A DNA stretch of 8,684 nucleotides, taken from a virus. Taxonomy: Duplodnaviria > Heunggongvirae > Uroviricota > Caudoviricetes. The stretch is taken from positions 1 to 8,684 of IMG/VR virus record IMGVR_UViG_2909246061_000003. One strand, given 5' to 3'. How positions within the stretch are numbered: the first letter of the stretch is position 1; each line of letters opens with the position of its first letter. Of the stretch, positions 6,861-8,684 are shown piece after piece. The notes beneath the pieces were generated by a model, which was not told the origin of the DNA, did not search any database, and saw only the letters and a list, made by a program, of their open reading frames with translations. A program made the position numbers and the translations under genes.

Positions 6861-6936
6861 TATAGAAATCAGTGAATTCGGAAAGGTCTGAAGTGTAGCA
6901 CCACAAACGCTATTGATCGACACCGCCGATCAGTAC

Positions 6937-6950
6937 TACTGTATTAATAT
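6937..6950. promoter_or_regulatory. Left half of an interrupted LexA (SOS) box: TACTGT plus the ATTAATAT centre
   Basis: Joining 6937-6950 to 8275-8280 (removing the IS and one copy of the duplication) gives TACTGTATTAATATACAGTA, i.e. CTGT-N8-ACAG with an AT-rich centre, close to the TACTG(TA)5CAGTA consensus. Confidence 0.6.
6943..6950. repeat. Target-site duplication ATTAATAT, left copy
   Basis: Identical 8-mer directly abuts both IS termini (6943-6950 and 8267-8274). Confidence 0.75.
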
Positions 6951-8266
6951 GGGTCTTCCCTTGTTGTGGTGGCTGAAGGCATGATAATGGTGTATTTAAT
7001 CGCCAGAGGTCACCGCCATGGACGAAAAGTCCCTCTACGCTCATATTCTCAACCTGTCCGATCCGTGGCAGGTAAAGTCCCTTTCTCTCGATGAAAATGC
7101 CGGTTCTGTTACTGTCACTATTGAGATCGCTGAAAACACCCGGCTAGCCTGTCCGGCCTGCGGTAAATCCTGTTCTGTTCACGATCACCGTCATCGTAAA
7201 TGGCGCCATCTTGATACCTGCCAGTTCACCACTATTGTTGAAGCCGATGTTCCACGAATTATGTGTCCGGAGCATGGCTGTCAGACGTTGCCTGTTCCGT
7301 GGGCTGGCCCCGGAAGCCGGTATACGTTGCTGTTCGAATTGTTCGTTCTCTCATGGCTGAAAATCAGCACCGTTGATGCTGTCAGGAAGCAACTTAAGCT
7401 CAGCTGGAATGCGGTTGACGGCATTATGACCCGGGCAGTTAAGCGAGGTCTTGCCCGGATAAAAAAGCCATTATCCGCCCGTCATATGAATGTGGATGAG
7501 GTCGCCTTTAAAAAAGGACATCGTTACATAACGGTGATCTCCGATCGCGATGGTCGGGCGCTGGCCTTAACGGATGATCGCGGCACAGAGAGTCTTGCCG
7601 GCTATCTTCGCACACTCACTGATGGGCAGTTGCTGGCTATCAAAACGCTCTCAATGGACATGAACGCGGGCTATATAAGAGCAGCGCGCATCCACTTACC
7701 CAGCGCGGTTGAGAAAATCGCCTTTGACCGCTTCCATGTGGCGAAGCAACTGGGCGAGGTAGTTGATAAAACCCGTCAGAATGAACATCCGCACCTCCCT
7801 GTTGAAAGCCGACGCCAGGCAAAAGGAACCCGCTTCCTGTGGCAGTACAGTGATAAGTGGATGACTGAATCCCGGCAGGAAAAGCTGATGTGGCTGCGTG
7901 CACAGATGAAGCTGACGAGCCAGTGCTGGGCGCTGAAAGAGCTGGCAAAGGATATCTGGAACAGGCCATGGAGCGAGGAAAGGCGGAGTGACTGGCAGAG
8001 ATGGCTGGCGCTGGCGGCTAACAGTGACGTTCCCATGATGAAAAATGCTGCGAAAACGATAGGAAAAAGGCTGTACGGGATCCTGAATGCGATGCGACAC
8101 AGTGTCTCAAACGGAAATGCGGAGGCACTTAACAGCAAGATAAGGTTGCTGAGAATAAAAGCCAGGGGATACCGAAACCGGGAGCGCTTTAAACTGGGAG
8201 TGATGTTCCACTACGGTAAGCTGAATATGGAGTTCTGAGCCTTCCCACCATGATCGGGGAAGACCC
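6951..8266 (+). mobile_element. ISL3-family insertion sequence, about 1.3 kb, with imperfect terminal inverted repeats
   Basis: Left end GGGTCTTCCC...GGTGG..GAAGGC (from 6951) mirrors the reverse complement of the right end (...GCCTTCCCACC...GGGGAAGACCC ending at 8266). Contains a single transposase ORF and is flanked by an 8-bp direct repeat. Confidence 0.75.
7018..8238 (+). CDS. ISL3-family transposase, 406 aa
   Basis: ATG at 7018. N-terminal Cys/His zinc-ribbon (CPACG...C..H.H) followed by a long catalytic region, typical of ISL3-type transposases from memory. The three antisense ORFs within it are taken as artefacts. Confidence 0.85.
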   Translation: MDEKSLYAHILNLSDPWQVKSLSLDENAGSVTVTIEIAENTRLACPACGKSCSVHDHRHRKWRHLDTCQFTTIVEADVPRIMCPEHGCQTLPVPWAGPGSRYTLLFELFVLSWLKISTVDAVRKQLKLSWNAVDGIMTRAVKRGLARIKKPLSARHMNVDEVAFKKGHRYITVISDRDGRALALTDDRGTESLAGYLRTLTDGQLLAIKTLSMDMNAGYIRAARIHLPSAVEKIAFDRFHVAKQLGEVVDKTRQNEHPHLPVESRRQAKGTRFLWQYSDKWMTESRQEKLMWLRAQMKLTSQCWALKELAKDIWNRPWSEERRSDWQRWLALAANSDVPMMKNAAKTIGKRLYGILNAMRHSVSNGNAEALNSKIRLLRIKARGYRNRERFKLGVMFHYGKLNMEF

Positions 8267-8274
8267 ATTAATAT
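8267..8274. repeat. Target-site duplication ATTAATAT, right copy
   Basis: See left copy. Confidence 0.75.
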
Positions 8275-8280
8275 ACAGTA
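8267..8280. promoter_or_regulatory. Right half of the interrupted LexA box: ATTAATAT centre plus ACAGTA
   Basis: See left half. Sits about 18 nt upstream of the RBS/ATG of the UmuD'-like gene; TAATAT within it could serve as a -10. Confidence 0.6.
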
Positions 8281-8297
8281 ACTATCGGAGGTGAGTT

Positions 8298-8684
8298 ATG
8301 GGATTCCCGAGTCCGGCTCAAGACTATGTTGAAGAGCGCGTATTGCTCGACAAGCGCATCATAAGCAGACCAGCGGCCACGTATTTCATGAGAGCGGGTG
8401 CAACGCATCACCGCGAAGGCATCCTGAATGGTGCTCTTCTGGTAGTGGATGCATCGCTATCACCATGTGACGGCTCGTTGCTGGTTTGCAGAATGGAAGG
8501 TGAGCTGAGGATTAAGCGATATCGCAAATCACCAAAGCCTCACCTGGAGGATTTGCAGACGGGAAGGCGTGAGGAGATACCGGCACACGATGACGGCACG
8601 AGTCCGGATGCGATATTTGGTGTGATCACCTACATCATAAACGATGCACGCTCTGGCGAGTTTGATGATTGTCTGATTATGTGA
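8298..8684 (+). CDS. UmuD'-like protein (peptidase S24 fold, natively lacking the N-terminal arm; phage P1 HumD-like), 128 aa
   Basis: GGAGGTGA RBS, ATG at 8298, in-frame stop at 8292-8294. Product begins MGFPSPAQDY, which corresponds to the GFPSPA segment immediately after the RecA-mediated cleavage site of UmuD/MucA. The rest is collinear with UmuD/MucA from memory, including the conserved Lys (RIKRY), but the GDSM Ser motif is replaced by GATHH. TGA ends exactly at the window edge. Confidence 0.75.
   Translation: MGFPSPAQDYVEERVLLDKRIISRPAATYFMRAGATHHREGILNGALLVVDASLSPCDGSLLVCRMEGELRIKRYRKSPKPHLEDLQTGRREEIPAHDDGTSPDAIFGVITYIINDARSGEFDDCLIM

Noticed and set aside
6861-6923. GTG start at 6923 giving a 141-aa GtrA
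   Set aside because: Known GtrA proteins are about 120 aa and begin MLKLFAKY, which corresponds to the ATG at 6860.
7640-8138. Three minus-strand ORFs inside the transposase gene
   Set aside because: They are antisense to a well-supported transposase and are Pro/Ser/Arg-rich, typical of GC-rich antisense frames.
1-8684. tRNA, rRNA, CRISPR array, attachment site
   Set aside because: I saw no T-loop-like GGTTCGAATCC motif, no spacer-repeat periodicity beyond the ori-like iterons, and no rRNA-like sequence. An att core cannot be identified without the int-proximal flank.

Overview
This window reads as a mosaic, apparently defective lambdoid prophage remnant from an enterobacterial genome. It carries an O-antigen glucosylation (gtr) cassette and an ISL3-family insertion sequence. 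Left to right: an excisionase-like gene (-) at the edge, with int presumably off-window; a leftward operon of small ORFs punctuated by three hairpin/T-run terminators; a lambda-like block (nutR boxA/boxB, tR1 region, cII, an O-like initiator with internal iterons, a lambda-type Q whose native start codon is missing, and a pR'-like late promoter with a short terminated leader); a leftward gtrA-gtrB-gtrC operon with overlapping stop/start codons and an AT-rich, type-specific gtrC; an ISL3 element (about 1.3 kb, imperfect terminal inverted repeats, 8-bp target duplication ATTAATAT); and a UmuD'-like (phage P1 HumD-like) gene ending at the window edge. The most interesting observation is that the two IS flanks rejoin into a near-consensus LexA box (TACTGT-N8-ACAGTA) whose 8-bp centre is the target duplication, so the IS has split an SOS operator between the gtr operon and the UmuD'-like gene. 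No immunity region (cI/cro/N), helicase loader, lysis or structural genes are visible. No tRNA, rRNA or CRISPR array was seen. All homology statements come from reading the translations and from remembered reference sequences (lambda nutR, cII, O, Q, pR'; UmuD/MucA; GtrA/GtrB); no search was run.
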